In this document: positions 43,077 through 52,888 of the stretch, piece after piece
Layout of the letters: each line of letters begins with the position of its first letter
Numbering within the stretch: position 1 is the stretch's first letter
NCBI GenBank assembly: GCA_025999335.1
Contig: AP024681.1
Coordinates: 227,656 to 291,655, forward strand
Source of the DNA: Candidatus Parcubacteria bacterium
GTDB taxonomy: Bacteria; Patescibacteriota; Minisyncoccia; UBA6257; HR35
DNA length: 64,000 bases
Direction of reading: 5' to 3'
Notes under the pieces: generated by a model
Database searches by the model: none
What the model was told of the DNA's origin: nothing
Seen by the model: the letters and a program-made list of their open reading frames with translations, nothing else
Made by a program: the position numbers and the translations under genes

Positions 43077-44642
43077 TTAAAAAAATTTTAATAAACTTCT
43101 ACCTGTAAATGATGGCGGTTGTTTAATGCCAAAAATATCGAGGATAGTTGGCGCTATGTCAACCAAAGAGCCTAAAATTTTTTTTGAATAAAAAGATAAT
43201 TCTATTTTATTTTTTTCTTTTTTTCGTTGTAAATCTAGGCAATAAAAAGGTACAGGATTGTCTGTATGAACAGTATGCTTTTCTCCGGTTAATAAATCAA
43301 TCATTTTTTCAACATTGCCATGATCAGAAGTTATTATTAAAACATAAGGAGATTTTTGCAATGTTTCATAAACATAACCTAAATACTCATCAAGAAAATT
43401 TAAAAAATTAATTGCCCATTGAAAATTACCGCTATGACCTATGATGTCTAAAGCTGAAATACTAGTTAAGATAAAATCAAAATTACCTTCTTTAATACTT
43501 AAAACCATTGAATCTAATATTTCTTTGCTTTTACTTGTAAGTTCTTCTAAGGTTTTAGCATGCGATAAATCAGGAAATATTTTAAAAACTTCACCAGGGT
43601 GTTCTTCTTCAATAAAACCATTAAAATAATATCTTAAAATCATATCTTTACTTTCGTCGGCAAATTTAATTTGACTTAATTTATGTTCTGCTAAAATTTT
43701 CGATAAATTACTTATTATCTTTTGCTCCTCAAAAATAACCGGGTAATCAACATTTTCTAAATATTTTGTTAAAGAAGCTATATATAAATTATTGCGCTTA
43801 GGCCTATTAAAAAACTGAAAGTCGGGATTTAAAAAAGCGTTTGCTAATTGAAAAATAGCTTTATTTTCAAAATGAAAAAAAAGTATCGCATCGCCATCTT
43901 TTATATAACCGTCTTTATTAAGCAAAATAGGTTCTAATAAAGCGTCAGAAAAAGTAGGATCTTGATACTTTTGTTCTAAAAAAACAAAGGGGTCATCAAC
44001 AAATAATCCATTACCTGTTACTATTAACAAAAAAGCTCTTTGTGTCTTTAAAGCATAATCTCCTGATTCATCTAAAGCGTAATAACGTCCACATAACGAA
44101 GCCAAATGATAAGAATATTTTTTATCTATTAAATACTGCTGTAAATTTTTTAGCAAAGACAAGGCTGATTTCGGCGGCGCTTCAAAGCCATCAGTAAACA
44201 GATGTAAAAAAACATTTTGTAAATTATTAGTTTTAGCTGCTTCCAAAATAGCATATAAATGATTTAAAGATGATTTTGTGTAACTTTCGCTTATTAAACC
44301 GATAAGATGCAATCGCGAATTAAAATTACGACAGTGATTAAACACATTAATAAGATTAGGATTTTTAAAAAAATCGCCGCGCTCAATACTTAAATTAATT
44401 CTGGGGAAATTCTCAAAATAAACTTCGCCTGTTCCCATGGTTAAATAACCATTTTCGCACGAACCAGGCATATTATGATAAAGACCCACAGAAATACCCG
44501 AAGCCGCCAAAAGACCAAAAGGAAAGTTTTTTTTAAAAAAATTAAAATTTGTTCCTTTTATAAATCGCAAAGGATTAGCAATGTTCAATTCTTTTTCGCC
44601 TAAACCATCTAAAATTAATAAACATACTTTTTTATCAATCAT
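43077..44642 (-). CDS. gpmI: 2,3-bisphosphoglycerate-independent phosphoglycerate mutase homolog (degenerate active site)
   Basis: LILDG, DIIGH, TSDHGN, HT.NPVP, DIAPTIL; several catalytic residues changed. Confidence 0.8.
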   Translation of the reverse strand: MIDKKVCLLILDGLGEKELNIANPLRFIKGTNFNFFKKNFPFGLLAASGISVGLYHNMPGSCENGYLTMGTGEVYFENFPRINLSIERGDFFKNPNLINVFNHCRNFNSRLHLIGLISESYTKSSLNHLYAILEAAKTNNLQNVFLHLFTDGFEAPPKSALSLLKNLQQYLIDKKYSYHLASLCGRYYALDESGDYALKTQRAFLLIVTGNGLFVDDPFVFLEQKYQDPTFSDALLEPILLNKDGYIKDGDAILFFHFENKAIFQLANAFLNPDFQFFNRPKRNNLYIASLTKYLENVDYPVIFEEQKIISNLSKILAEHKLSQIKFADESKDMILRYYFNGFIEEEHPGEVFKIFPDLSHAKTLEELTSKSKEILDSMVLSIKEGNFDFILTSISALDIIGHSGNFQWAINFLNFLDEYLGYVYETLQKSPYVLIITSDHGNVEKMIDLLTGEKHTVHTDNPVPFYCLDLQRKKEKNKIELSFYSKKILGSLVDIAPTILDIFGIKQPPSFTGRSLLKFF

Positions 44643-44704
44643 CTGATAAAATTATTATAATAAAAAACGGTCTTTAGTTAAAATATCGCTTAAATTTATT
44701 AACA

Positions 44705-46225
44705 ATGACTAATCCATTTATTTTAATAATCTATATTGGGATTGGTATGGTAATTGGTTATTTTTTGAAACAAACCCTTACCAATATCCAAAACAAAAAA
44801 CTTCAACAAGAATTAGAAGAAAAATTAACCATCAGCAAAAAAGAAGCTGAAAATATAGTCAAAGAAGCAAGAGAGAAATCTATCAATATTATCGAAGAAG
44901 CTAAAAAAGAAAAAGAAAAAATATTGGACGATGTTCTTCAAAGAGAGCAAAGAATTAGCCAAAGAGAAAAAATTTTAGATAATCGTGAAATAACTCTTAT
45001 CGAAAAAGAAAAAAATATTACTAAAACTCTTGAAGAATTAAAGAGTAAAAATCAAGAATTAAACGACAAAGAAAAAATACTAATGGAGCAGCTACAAAAA
45101 ATATCAGGTTTCTCTCAAGAAGAAGCTTTAAAAATGTTATTTGAAAAGCTAGAAAGCGATAACGAAGCAGAATTGATTAGTAGAATTATTAAATTAAAAC
45201 AAAGAAATGAAGAAGAAATAGCTCAAGAAACTAAAAAAATAATTTACACTGCTTTACCACGTTATGCTCGTTCCGTAGTCAATGAAATTACAACAACAAC
45301 CATTTCTCTACCCAATGAAGAAATGAAAGGACGAATTATTGGTAAAGAAGGTAGAAACATCAAACATTTTGAAAACCTTACCGGCGTTGAAATTGTTATC
45401 GATGAAACGCCTGACATAGTTATTCTGTCGTCCTTTGATCCAGTAAGACGAGAAATAGCTAGATTAGCCTTAGAAAAACTACTCAAAGATGGCAGAATTC
45501 ATCCCGCCAGCATTGAAGAAAAAGTTCAAGAAGCCAAAGAAGAAATTGAAAAAATAATTGAAGAAACAGGCAAAAATGCTAGCTACGAACTAGGCATTTT
45601 TGATTTACCTCAAGAAATAATGATTCTAATGGGAAGATTAAAATTCCGTTATAGTTATGGCCAAAATGTTTTACAACATTCTATAGAAATGGCACATATT
45701 GCAAAAATGATAGCTGAAGAATTAAATTTAAATCCTTTTATTGCTAAAAAAGGAGCTTTTTTACATGATATTGGTAAAGCAGTTACCCACGAAATTGAAG
45801 GTAGTCATTTAGAAATAGGCATTAAAATCTTACAAAAATATAACATTGAAGAAGAGGTTATTTTAGCGATGCGTTCTCATCACGAAACTTATCCCTTCGG
45901 CAACCCTTATGCTTACATAGTTCTTGCCGCGGACATATTCTCTGCTGGTAGGCCTGGAGCTCGAAGAGAAACAACGGAAATTTATCTTCAAAGAGTTAAT
46001 GACCTAGAAAAAATAGCTAATAGCTTTGAAGGCGTTGAAAAAAGCTTTGCTATTTCAGGAGGTAGAGAATTACGTGTTTTTGTTTCCACTGAAAAAATTA
46101 AAGATATAGAAATCTATAAATTAGCCAAAGATATAGCCCAAAAAATAGAAAAAGACTTAAGATATCCCGGGGAAATTAAGGTTGTAGTTATAAGGGAAAA
46201 TAGAGCTGTAGAATATGCGCGTTAA
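44705..46225 (+). CDS. rny: ribonuclease Y
   Basis: TM, coiled coil, KGRIIGKEGRNI KH domain, LHDIGK HD domain. Confidence 0.96.
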   Translation: MTNPFILIIYIGIGMVIGYFLKQTLTNIQNKKLQQELEEKLTISKKEAENIVKEAREKSINIIEEAKKEKEKILDDVLQREQRISQREKILDNREITLIEKEKNITKTLEELKSKNQELNDKEKILMEQLQKISGFSQEEALKMLFEKLESDNEAELISRIIKLKQRNEEEIAQETKKIIYTALPRYARSVVNEITTTTISLPNEEMKGRIIGKEGRNIKHFENLTGVEIVIDETPDIVILSSFDPVRREIARLALEKLLKDGRIHPASIEEKVQEAKEEIEKIIEETGKNASYELGIFDLPQEIMILMGRLKFRYSYGQNVLQHSIEMAHIAKMIAEELNLNPFIAKKGAFLHDIGKAVTHEIEGSHLEIGIKILQKYNIEEEVILAMRSHHETYPFGNPYAYIVLAADIFSAGRPGARRETTEIYLQRVNDLEKIANSFEGVEKSFAISGGRELRVFVSTEKIKDIEIYKLAKDIAQKIEKDLRYPGEIKVVVIRENRAVEYAR

Positions 46226-46345
46226 ATACTGAAAAACCAATAAATTAACTATTAACATATTCACATTTCAAGTTTTTATAAAAATATAATATAATTATAT
46301 ATATAAATAATGGTCGTTTTTAAATTAGCAAAATTTATCTTATAA

Positions 46346-46636
46346 ATGGCAAAAGGAAATATCATAAAAGCTAAAGATTTAGCACAAAAATTAGTCGACA
46401 AATTTAATACTACTAAAAAAGAAGCAGTCGAAATAATAGAATTTTTAAAAACAGAAATAGTTAACAATTTAAAGAGCGGTTATCAAGTAAAAATTGCTGG
46501 TTTAGGTACATTTAAAGTAAGACAACGAAAAGAAAGAATGGCTTTGAATCCTAAAACAGGCGAAAAAGTATTGGTTCCAGCAACAAAAGTTCCTAAATTT
46601 ACTCCGGCTAAAGATTTAAAAGAAGCAGTTAAATAA
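46346..46636 (+). CDS. hup: HU family DNA-binding protein
   Basis: GLGTF...R..R...NPKTGE...PKF.P. Confidence 0.93.
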   Translation: MAKGNIIKAKDLAQKLVDKFNTTKKEAVEIIEFLKTEIVNNLKSGYQVKIAGLGTFKVRQRKERMALNPKTGEKVLVPATKVPKFTPAKDLKEAVK

Positions 46637-46664
46637 AAAACTAAAAATATAATAAATTTTATGT

Positions 46665-47582
46665 ATGATCAATGTATATATTATTATTACCAAAGATAGA
46701 AAACTAGCAGAACTTGAAATTAACAAAATATCAAAAAAAAATATCCTTTTGAGCATCTCTAAAAATAATTGGCAAATTTTTATTGATAATTTACAGAAGC
46801 ATTTAAATTTAAATATTCTTGGTGCTCAAGAGAATATCGTTATTTATAATATTGATCTTCTAAACGAAAAATATATTGATCAATTAGTTTATCTTATTAA
46901 AGATGCTAAAAAAATTATTTTCTTCATAGCTAACAGTCAACCTCTTTATTTAGAAGATAAAATAAAGAAAGAAAAAATTCCTCATAAAATTATTAATCTC
47001 CATAGCATCACCAATAACTCAGCTAATTTTGCTAAATATATTAAGCAATTTTTTAATGAGCACAAAATAGCCTTAACGCCAAAATTATTAAATTTCTTAC
47101 AAGAAAACTACAAAAATAACATTGATTTATTAATTAATGATTTAGAGAGATTTAATTTTGCTATTAAAAACAATAATTTTAATGATATCGATAAACAAAT
47201 AGCTAATTTCTTTACGCTTATACCTAATGTCTTTAAAATTCAAGATTATTTTCTAAGCTTACAATGGACTTTATTTATTCATAATTTCAAAAAAATTATT
47301 CAAACATCATCAAATCAGGAACTATTGCAATTATTATCTTTAATAATTCACTCTTTAATAAAAATATATATCTTAAAAAACTCTCCTAATTATAAACTAC
47401 GCAATTCTTATTTTTATATTCAAAAATTAAAAGATAAAGCTCAACGTTTAGACAACGAAACTTTAAAAAAAATGATCGCCGCTTTAGCAACCACCGACGC
47501 TAAATTCAAAAAATTCGCTATTAGCAAAGAAGAAATACCTGAAGATATAGTTTTTAATTTGCTATTTAATTTTAGATACTAA
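46665..47582 (+). CDS. holA: DNA polymerase III delta subunit (very divergent)
   Basis: Size, convergent position next to rpsT, L..D..FK C-terminal pattern. Confidence 0.55.
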   Translation: MINVYIIITKDRKLAELEINKISKKNILLSISKNNWQIFIDNLQKHLNLNILGAQENIVIYNIDLLNEKYIDQLVYLIKDAKKIIFFIANSQPLYLEDKIKKEKIPHKIINLHSITNNSANFAKYIKQFFNEHKIALTPKLLNFLQENYKNNIDLLINDLERFNFAIKNNNFNDIDKQIANFFTLIPNVFKIQDYFLSLQWTLFIHNFKKIIQTSSNQELLQLLSLIIHSLIKIYILKNSPNYKLRNSYFYIQKLKDKAQRLDNETLKKMIAALATTDAKFKKFAISKEEIPEDIVFNLLFNFRY

Positions 47583-47840
47583 TTTTGCGTATTTTGATTT
47601 AAGACGCGCTGCCTTATTAGGATGAATAAATCTTTTAGCGCCTTTATCTATTTGTTTATATATATTTTTTAATTTCTCTTCCAAAACATCTTTAGCAAAA
47701 TTTTCTGAACTTTTTGCTTGCCCAAGTTGTTTCGTCAAATCTTTTATCGCTTGTTTAATTTTTCGACGACGACGATCATTAAAAATTTTATTACGTAAAC
47801 TTTGTTTTAAAGCTTTCTTGCTTGATCGAGTTCTAGGCAT
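47562..47840 (-). CDS. rpsT: 30S ribosomal protein bS20
   Basis: SSKKALKQS...N, IDK.AK..IHPNKAARLKS. Confidence 0.93.
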   Translation of the reverse strand: MPRTRSSKKALKQSLRNKIFNDRRRRKIKQAIKDLTKQLGQAKSSENFAKDVLEEKLKNIYKQIDKGAKRFIHPNKAARLKSKYAKLVSKIK

Positions 47841-47848
47841 TTAAAAGA

Positions 47849-48391
47849 TTACAATTGTTTTTTTAATTCTTCGACGGCTTTCTTTATTTTATCAGATAAA
47901 TTTTGAGGCAATTTAAATTTTAATTTTATAACTATCCGCTTCCTACCATCATAAACAGGAATCTCAATATACTCTTTTTTAAAAGCTTCTAAAGGATTTA
48001 ATTCTATAATAATCTCGCTTTGTGTTTCGTAACCCCCGCGAGGAGTACTATGTTTAGTTGCGTAACCTGTGTCAAAAATAGAAAAAATATCTTTAAAAAG
48101 ATTAAAAATGTCATCTTCAAAAATTTGCTTATGGAAAAAACCTTCTGAACCAATATTAGTAAAAAAATCATCCCCAAAATAACCTCTTTGCCCAAATCTT
48201 CTTTGTGCATCGTACTGCGCTCTCAATTTCTTGTCTGATAAAACCCTGTAAGCTTCAACTATTTTTTTAAATTTATTAGCATCACCTCCTCGGTCAGGAT
48301 GATATTTTTTAGCTAAATCGCGAAAAGCTTTCTTAATTTCATCTTCGCTAGCATTCTCTGGCACGCCTAAAATATCGTAATAATTTTCCAT
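47849..48391 (-). CDS. short J-domain protein (DnaJ/CbpA-like, no Zn finger)
   Basis: YYDILGV..IKKAFR.LA.KYHPD. Confidence 0.88.
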   Translation of the reverse strand: MENYYDILGVPENASEDEIKKAFRDLAKKYHPDRGGDANKFKKIVEAYRVLSDKKLRAQYDAQRRFGQRGYFGDDFFTNIGSEGFFHKQIFEDDIFNLFKDIFSIFDTGYATKHSTPRGGYETQSEIIIELNPLEAFKKEYIEIPVYDGRKRIVIKLKFKLPQNLSDKIKKAVEELKKQL

Positions 48392-48414
48392 TGGTTAAAA
48401 GGATTATAAAATTA

Positions 48415-49209
48415 TTAAAACTGCAAAAATTGTTTAGCGACTGGTTGATCAACAATTTTCAATATATTAAATTTTAGCATTAAAAAAAATATTAAATAAG
48501 ACAGCAAAGATAAAATAAAACCCAGAACATAGAAGAATCCGTGCAAAACAATAATAGATGTTAGAAAAAGATAAAGAATATTATTATTCTTAGTCAAGTT
48601 ATCGTTCATAAAAGCATAGATTCTTTGCAGAGCTTCTTCGTTGTTTAATAAAGAAGATAGCAATAAATCAAAATTAACTAGTCTAATTTCTTTTGGTGGT
48701 TGATTAAAGTTAAGATATTGAACAAAAAAAACATAAACATTACGCATGCCTTCTTTAAATTCAACAAAGTCAAAAGGTAGTTTATTAGAAAAATCAAAAT
48801 TAATATAAACATAAAGAAAAATCATCAAAACAATAGCATGAAATATAAATATAAAATTATTATGAGCTATTTTGATAAATGGCAACTGAACTGAAGATAA
48901 AAAATAATTATGATTATAATTAACTTTTAATAAGGAAAGTAAGAAAAGCAAAACGCCGCCCAGAGGAAAAATATAAGCAACAAAAACACTAAAGGTAAGC
49001 CAAAGCAAAATATTTTCCAATAAAGAATTAACTAACTCCAAAACAGTAATAATTGTTATTAAAAAAATTAATAAACTAAAAAATATAAATAATTTTATCG
49101 TAACATAAAAGTTACTATAAAAAATAAAATAAAAAAGAAGTAAATCAATAATAATTAAAGCAAAAAAAATTATTTGTTTTAGATTAAATTGCAAACTATC
49201 AGAAAACAT
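48415..49209 (-). CDS. hypothetical multi-pass membrane protein
   Basis: About 6 hydrophobic segments. Confidence 0.65.
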   Translation of the reverse strand: MFSDSLQFNLKQIIFFALIIIDLLLFYFIFYSNFYVTIKLFIFFSLLIFLITIITVLELVNSLLENILLWLTFSVFVAYIFPLGGVLLFLLSLLKVNYNHNYFLSSVQLPFIKIAHNNFIFIFHAIVLMIFLYVYINFDFSNKLPFDFVEFKEGMRNVYVFFVQYLNFNQPPKEIRLVNFDLLLSSLLNNEEALQRIYAFMNDNLTKNNNILYLFLTSIIVLHGFFYVLGFILSLLSYLIFFLMLKFNILKIVDQPVAKQFLQF

Positions 49210-49214
49210 AAAAA

Positions 49215-51029
49215 CTATTGATTCGGGCTTTGGTAAAAAGCGCCTCCTATTTGAGATAACAATTCATTTAATTCATTTATTTTAGCATCTATTTCTTCAC
49301 CGTTCATAGCGGTATTTTTAACATTCTCTAATTCTTTAATTTTATCATAGATTTTTTGCTTTAAATCGTCGTTGATTTTATCCTGGTATTCTTCAATTAC
49401 TTTTCTTGCTTGATAGATTAAATTATCAGCTCTATTTTTCGCTTCCGCCAATTTTCTTTTACGAAAATCTTCGGCAGCATATTGTTCGGTTTCCTTCTTT
49501 AATCTCTCAATTTCTTCTTTGGAAATATTCACTGAATTTGTAATCTTAACACTTTGACTTTTGTTAGTTGCTTTATCAATGGCGGTAACTGTTAAAATAC
49601 CATTTTGGTCAACATCGAAAGTAACTTCAATTTGAGGTATGCCTCTTTTAGCTGGTGGAATTCCATCTAACAAAAATCGCGCCAAAGTTTTATTGTCTTG
49701 AGCCATAGGTCTTTCACCTTGAACAACATGAACTTCAACAACAGTTTGATTATCTTCAGCGGTTGTGAAAATTTCTTTTTTAGAAAAAGGAATTGGAGTG
49801 TTTTTAGGAATCATTGGATGAGCAATGCCACCAAGAGTTTCAATGCTTAAAGTTAAAGGTACAACATCTAATAAAAGAATTTCTCTAACATCGCCTTGCA
49901 AAATGCCAGCTTGAATAGCGGCGCCAATAGCAACAACTTCGTCAGGATTAATATCTTTCCTTGGCTCTTTACCAAAAAGTTCTTTAACCTTCTGTTGAAT
50001 TAAAGGCATCCTTGTTTGGCCACCAACGAGAACAATATCATTAATATCTTCTGGTTTTAAATTTGCTTCTTTTAATGTTTTTTTAACTAATTCAATTGAC
50101 TTTTCAACTAAATCTCGAGTTAAATCTTCTAGTTGACTTCTTGTTAATTTAAAGTATAAATGTTTAGGACCTGCTGGCGAAGAAGTAATAAAAGGCAAAT
50201 TAATTTCTGTCTCGTATAAAGTCGATAATTCTTGTTTAGCACGTTCAGCTGATTCTTTTAATCTTTGCAAAGCTAAAACATCTTTAGATAAATCAATGCC
50301 TTCTTCCTTTTTATACCAATCAATTAAAAACTGGATGATACGTTGATCAAAATCATCGCCGCCTAAAAAAGTATCTCCTCCAATGCCTTTGGTTTCAATA
50401 ACCTGATCGCCAACTTCTAAAATTGAAATATCAAAAGTACCTCCGCCAAAGTCATAAACTAAAATTCGAGCATTAGTGTTTTTATCTAATCCGTAAGCTA
50501 AAGCTGCTGCTGTAGGTTCAGGCAATAATCTTTTAACCTCTAAACCAGCTATTTCGCCAGCGGCTTTTGTTGCCGCTCTTTGGGAATCGTCAAAATACGC
50601 TGGACAAGTAATAACTGCTTCTTTTATTTCTTCGCCTAATTTCTCTTCAACATCGCTTTTAATTTTCTGAAGAATCATTGCTGAAATTTCTTCAGGTCGG
50701 TACCACTTATCCCCCATTTGAACTTCAACACCACCGTTATTCGATTCTCTAATTTTATAGGGGAGGATATTTTTAATTTTTTGAACTTCTTGATCTTGAT
50801 AGCGTCTTCCGATTAATCTTTTAACAGAAAAAATTGTATTATGCGGATTAGTAACCGCTTGTCTTTTAGCTAAAATGCCAACTAATCGTTCATTAGATTT
50901 CGACATAGCAACAACTGAAGGAGTTAAGCGTGAACCTTCTCTATTTTCAAGCACTCTAAAAACTCCGGCTTCAACAATAGCCGCTACTGAATTAGTAGTG
51001 CCAAGATCAATGCCTATGATTCGAGCCAT
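49215..51029 (-). CDS. dnaK: chaperone DnaK
   Basis: GIDLGTTNS, EPTAAALAYG, DFGGGTFD, NPDEVVA. Confidence 0.98.
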   Translation of the reverse strand: MARIIGIDLGTTNSVAAIVEAGVFRVLENREGSRLTPSVVAMSKSNERLVGILAKRQAVTNPHNTIFSVKRLIGRRYQDQEVQKIKNILPYKIRESNNGGVEVQMGDKWYRPEEISAMILQKIKSDVEEKLGEEIKEAVITCPAYFDDSQRAATKAAGEIAGLEVKRLLPEPTAAALAYGLDKNTNARILVYDFGGGTFDISILEVGDQVIETKGIGGDTFLGGDDFDQRIIQFLIDWYKKEEGIDLSKDVLALQRLKESAERAKQELSTLYETEINLPFITSSPAGPKHLYFKLTRSQLEDLTRDLVEKSIELVKKTLKEANLKPEDINDIVLVGGQTRMPLIQQKVKELFGKEPRKDINPDEVVAIGAAIQAGILQGDVREILLLDVVPLTLSIETLGGIAHPMIPKNTPIPFSKKEIFTTAEDNQTVVEVHVVQGERPMAQDNKTLARFLLDGIPPAKRGIPQIEVTFDVDQNGILTVTAIDKATNKSQSVKITNSVNISKEEIERLKKETEQYAAEDFRKRKLAEAKNRADNLIYQARKVIEEYQDKINDDLKQKIYDKIKELENVKNTAMNGEEIDAKINELNELLSQIGGAFYQSPNQ

Positions 51030-51052
51030 TGAAAAATATAAATAAATTAACT

Positions 51053-51562
51053 TTAATTATGACTTAAAACTTTAACCCGCGCTGGACGTATAATTTTATT
51101 ATTATAAACATATCCTTTGCTAAATACTTCAACAATTAAGCCGTCATCACTTTTATCACATTGAGGTTTTGAACATTTCTCTGTTAAAATAGCTTCGTGT
51201 AAGTTCGGATCAAATTTCTTCATTTCAGTAATCTCAAAAACACCAAATTTATTTAAAATATCTTTTAATTGTGAATAAATAAGATAAAAGCCTTTGCTAA
51301 CCGCATCATCTTTAACTTCATTAAAAGCTAATTCGAAATTATCTAAAATATTTAACAAATAATAAACTAATTCAAAATTGGCTATTTCTTTAATCTGTTT
51401 TAATTTCTCTTCATACTCACTTTGCAACCTTAAAACATCATTTTTTGCTCTTTTTAAATTGTCTAAATATTGTTCTTTTTCTTTTTCTAATTGCGAAATT
51501 TTAGCCATCAATTCATCAATAGTTTCTGTTTGTTTTGGTAATTCTTCTTTTTCAGAATTCAT
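51053..51562 (-). CDS. grpE: nucleotide exchange factor GrpE
   Basis: FDPNLHEA, KGY...IIRPARVKV. Confidence 0.92.
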   Translation of the reverse strand: MNSEKEELPKQTETIDELMAKISQLEKEKEQYLDNLKRAKNDVLRLQSEYEEKLKQIKEIANFELVYYLLNILDNFELAFNEVKDDAVSKGFYLIYSQLKDILNKFGVFEITEMKKFDPNLHEAILTEKCSKPQCDKSDDGLIVEVFSKGYVYNNKIIRPARVKVLSHN

Positions 51563-51649
51563 AGAAAAATAAAGAAAATTTTAAATTAAGAAATCAATTT
51601 ATGACTAAGCGACTAAAAAAATAAATTGGAATTAAAAGTAGTTAAAAAT

Positions 51650-52054
51650 TTATTCAATTTTTATTTCTTTGCCTGTTTCAATTGTTTTTTCAATTTTAGG
51701 AAGCACAACTTTTAAAATTCCGTTAGTCAAAGAAGCTTTTGCTTGTTTGTGGTCAACTTCTTTAGGAATTGGAATAACTTTTAAAAATGAACCTTTTTTA
51801 ATTTCTCTTCTCCAGTAATTTTTGTTTTTTTCTTCTTTTTCTTCAGAACTTTTTCCTTCAATCTTTAAATAACCCTCTTGAAATGAAACTTTAATATCTT
51901 TTTTATCAAAACCAGGAATTTGTAATTCAACAACAACATCTTTATCAGTCTCGTAAATATTGCTTGCTAAATAATTAACATCTTTAAAAGGAATCAAATC
52001 TCCTTCAAAAAATTTATCTAAAAAATTACGAAATTCGTCTCTTCTAATAATCAT
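51650..52054 (-). CDS. small heat shock protein (Hsp20)
   Basis: IYET...PG..K.DI, A.LTNGILKVVLPK. Confidence 0.92.
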   Translation of the reverse strand: MIIRRDEFRNFLDKFFEGDLIPFKDVNYLASNIYETDKDVVVELQIPGFDKKDIKVSFQEGYLKIEGKSSEEKEEKNKNYWRREIKKGSFLKVIPIPKEVDHKQAKASLTNGILKVVLPKIEKTIETGKEIKIE

Positions 52055-52117
52055 AGTAAAAATAAGAAAATTTAAATAGCGACCTTTAGAGTCTAAAATA
52101 GAGTATTTATATTTTAT

Positions 52118-52146
52118 ATTATACTCAAGACAAAAATAAAAGTCAA
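52118..52146 (-). promoter_or_regulatory. sigma70-type promoter of the hsp20-grpE-dnaK operon
   Basis: Minus strand TTGACT-17 nt-TATAAT. Confidence 0.75.
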
Positions 52147-52428
52147 TATGCTAAAAAACCAATTAAATTAATATCATTTAAATGTTTAGAAAGTAATAGA
52201 TACTAATTAACGATTTTTAAATAAATAATAATATAAAGTTGGATCAGAAAAAATCCATATATACAAAATACCAATTAATAAAAAAACCAAAAATAAGATA
52301 AGTTTTTCCCACATAATAAGCATTAAATTATTGTTAATTAAGCTTATGTCTTTATTTTATCTTATTTTTTCAAAAAATAAAAATGTGCTACCTTAATAAA
52401 GTTTTAAAAAGTTATACACAAATTTATA

Positions 52429-52457
52429 TTGATTTAAAAATTAAAATATGTTATAAT
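52429..52457 (+). promoter_or_regulatory. sigma70-type promoter of the Pro/Thr-rich gene
   Basis: TTGATT-17 nt-TATAAT with TG extended -10. Confidence 0.75.
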
Positions 52458-52519
52458 AAATTATGGTTTATATTTAGGTCGTTTAGATTTTTTAATTATA
52501 ATTAAAAAATTAAACAATA

Positions 52520-52798
52520 ATGGAAAATAGAAATTTAACTATAGTATTAGTTATTGTAATTTTAATAGCTTTAGGCGCAGTAACTTGGTGGTTTGTAAAT
52601 AAACAACAAACATCTGAAGTGCCTGCTCCTGTAGAAACAACAACAACACCGACAGAGACTCCTCCGGCAACTCCTCCGCAACCATCAGAAACTCCTGGCG
52701 CTCAACCAACGCCAGAAACAACGCCAACGTCAACCACAACTCCAACAACAGGATCAACACCTACACCAACAACAACTACACCTACCCCTATACCATAA
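52520..52798 (+). CDS. small membrane-anchored Pro/Thr-rich protein
   Basis: N-terminal TM then low-complexity ETTTTPTETPP...TPTPTTTTPTPIP. Confidence 0.8.
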   Translation: MENRNLTIVLVIVILIALGAVTWWFVNKQQTSEVPAPVETTTTPTETPPATPPQPSETPGAQPTPETTPTSTTTPTTGSTPTPTTTTPTPIP

Positions 52799-52820
52799 AC
52801 AAATTAATTTAGCAATAAAT

Positions 52821-52856
52821 AATAAAAACAACCTCCATTTGGAGGTTGTTTTTATT
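52821..52856. terminator. intrinsic (probably bidirectional) terminator
   Basis: Perfect 16-bp stem AATAAAAACAACCTCC-attt-GGAGGTTGTTTTTATT. Confidence 0.88.
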
Positions 52857-52888
52857 TTAAGTTAAAATATAATATATATTCTTCAATA

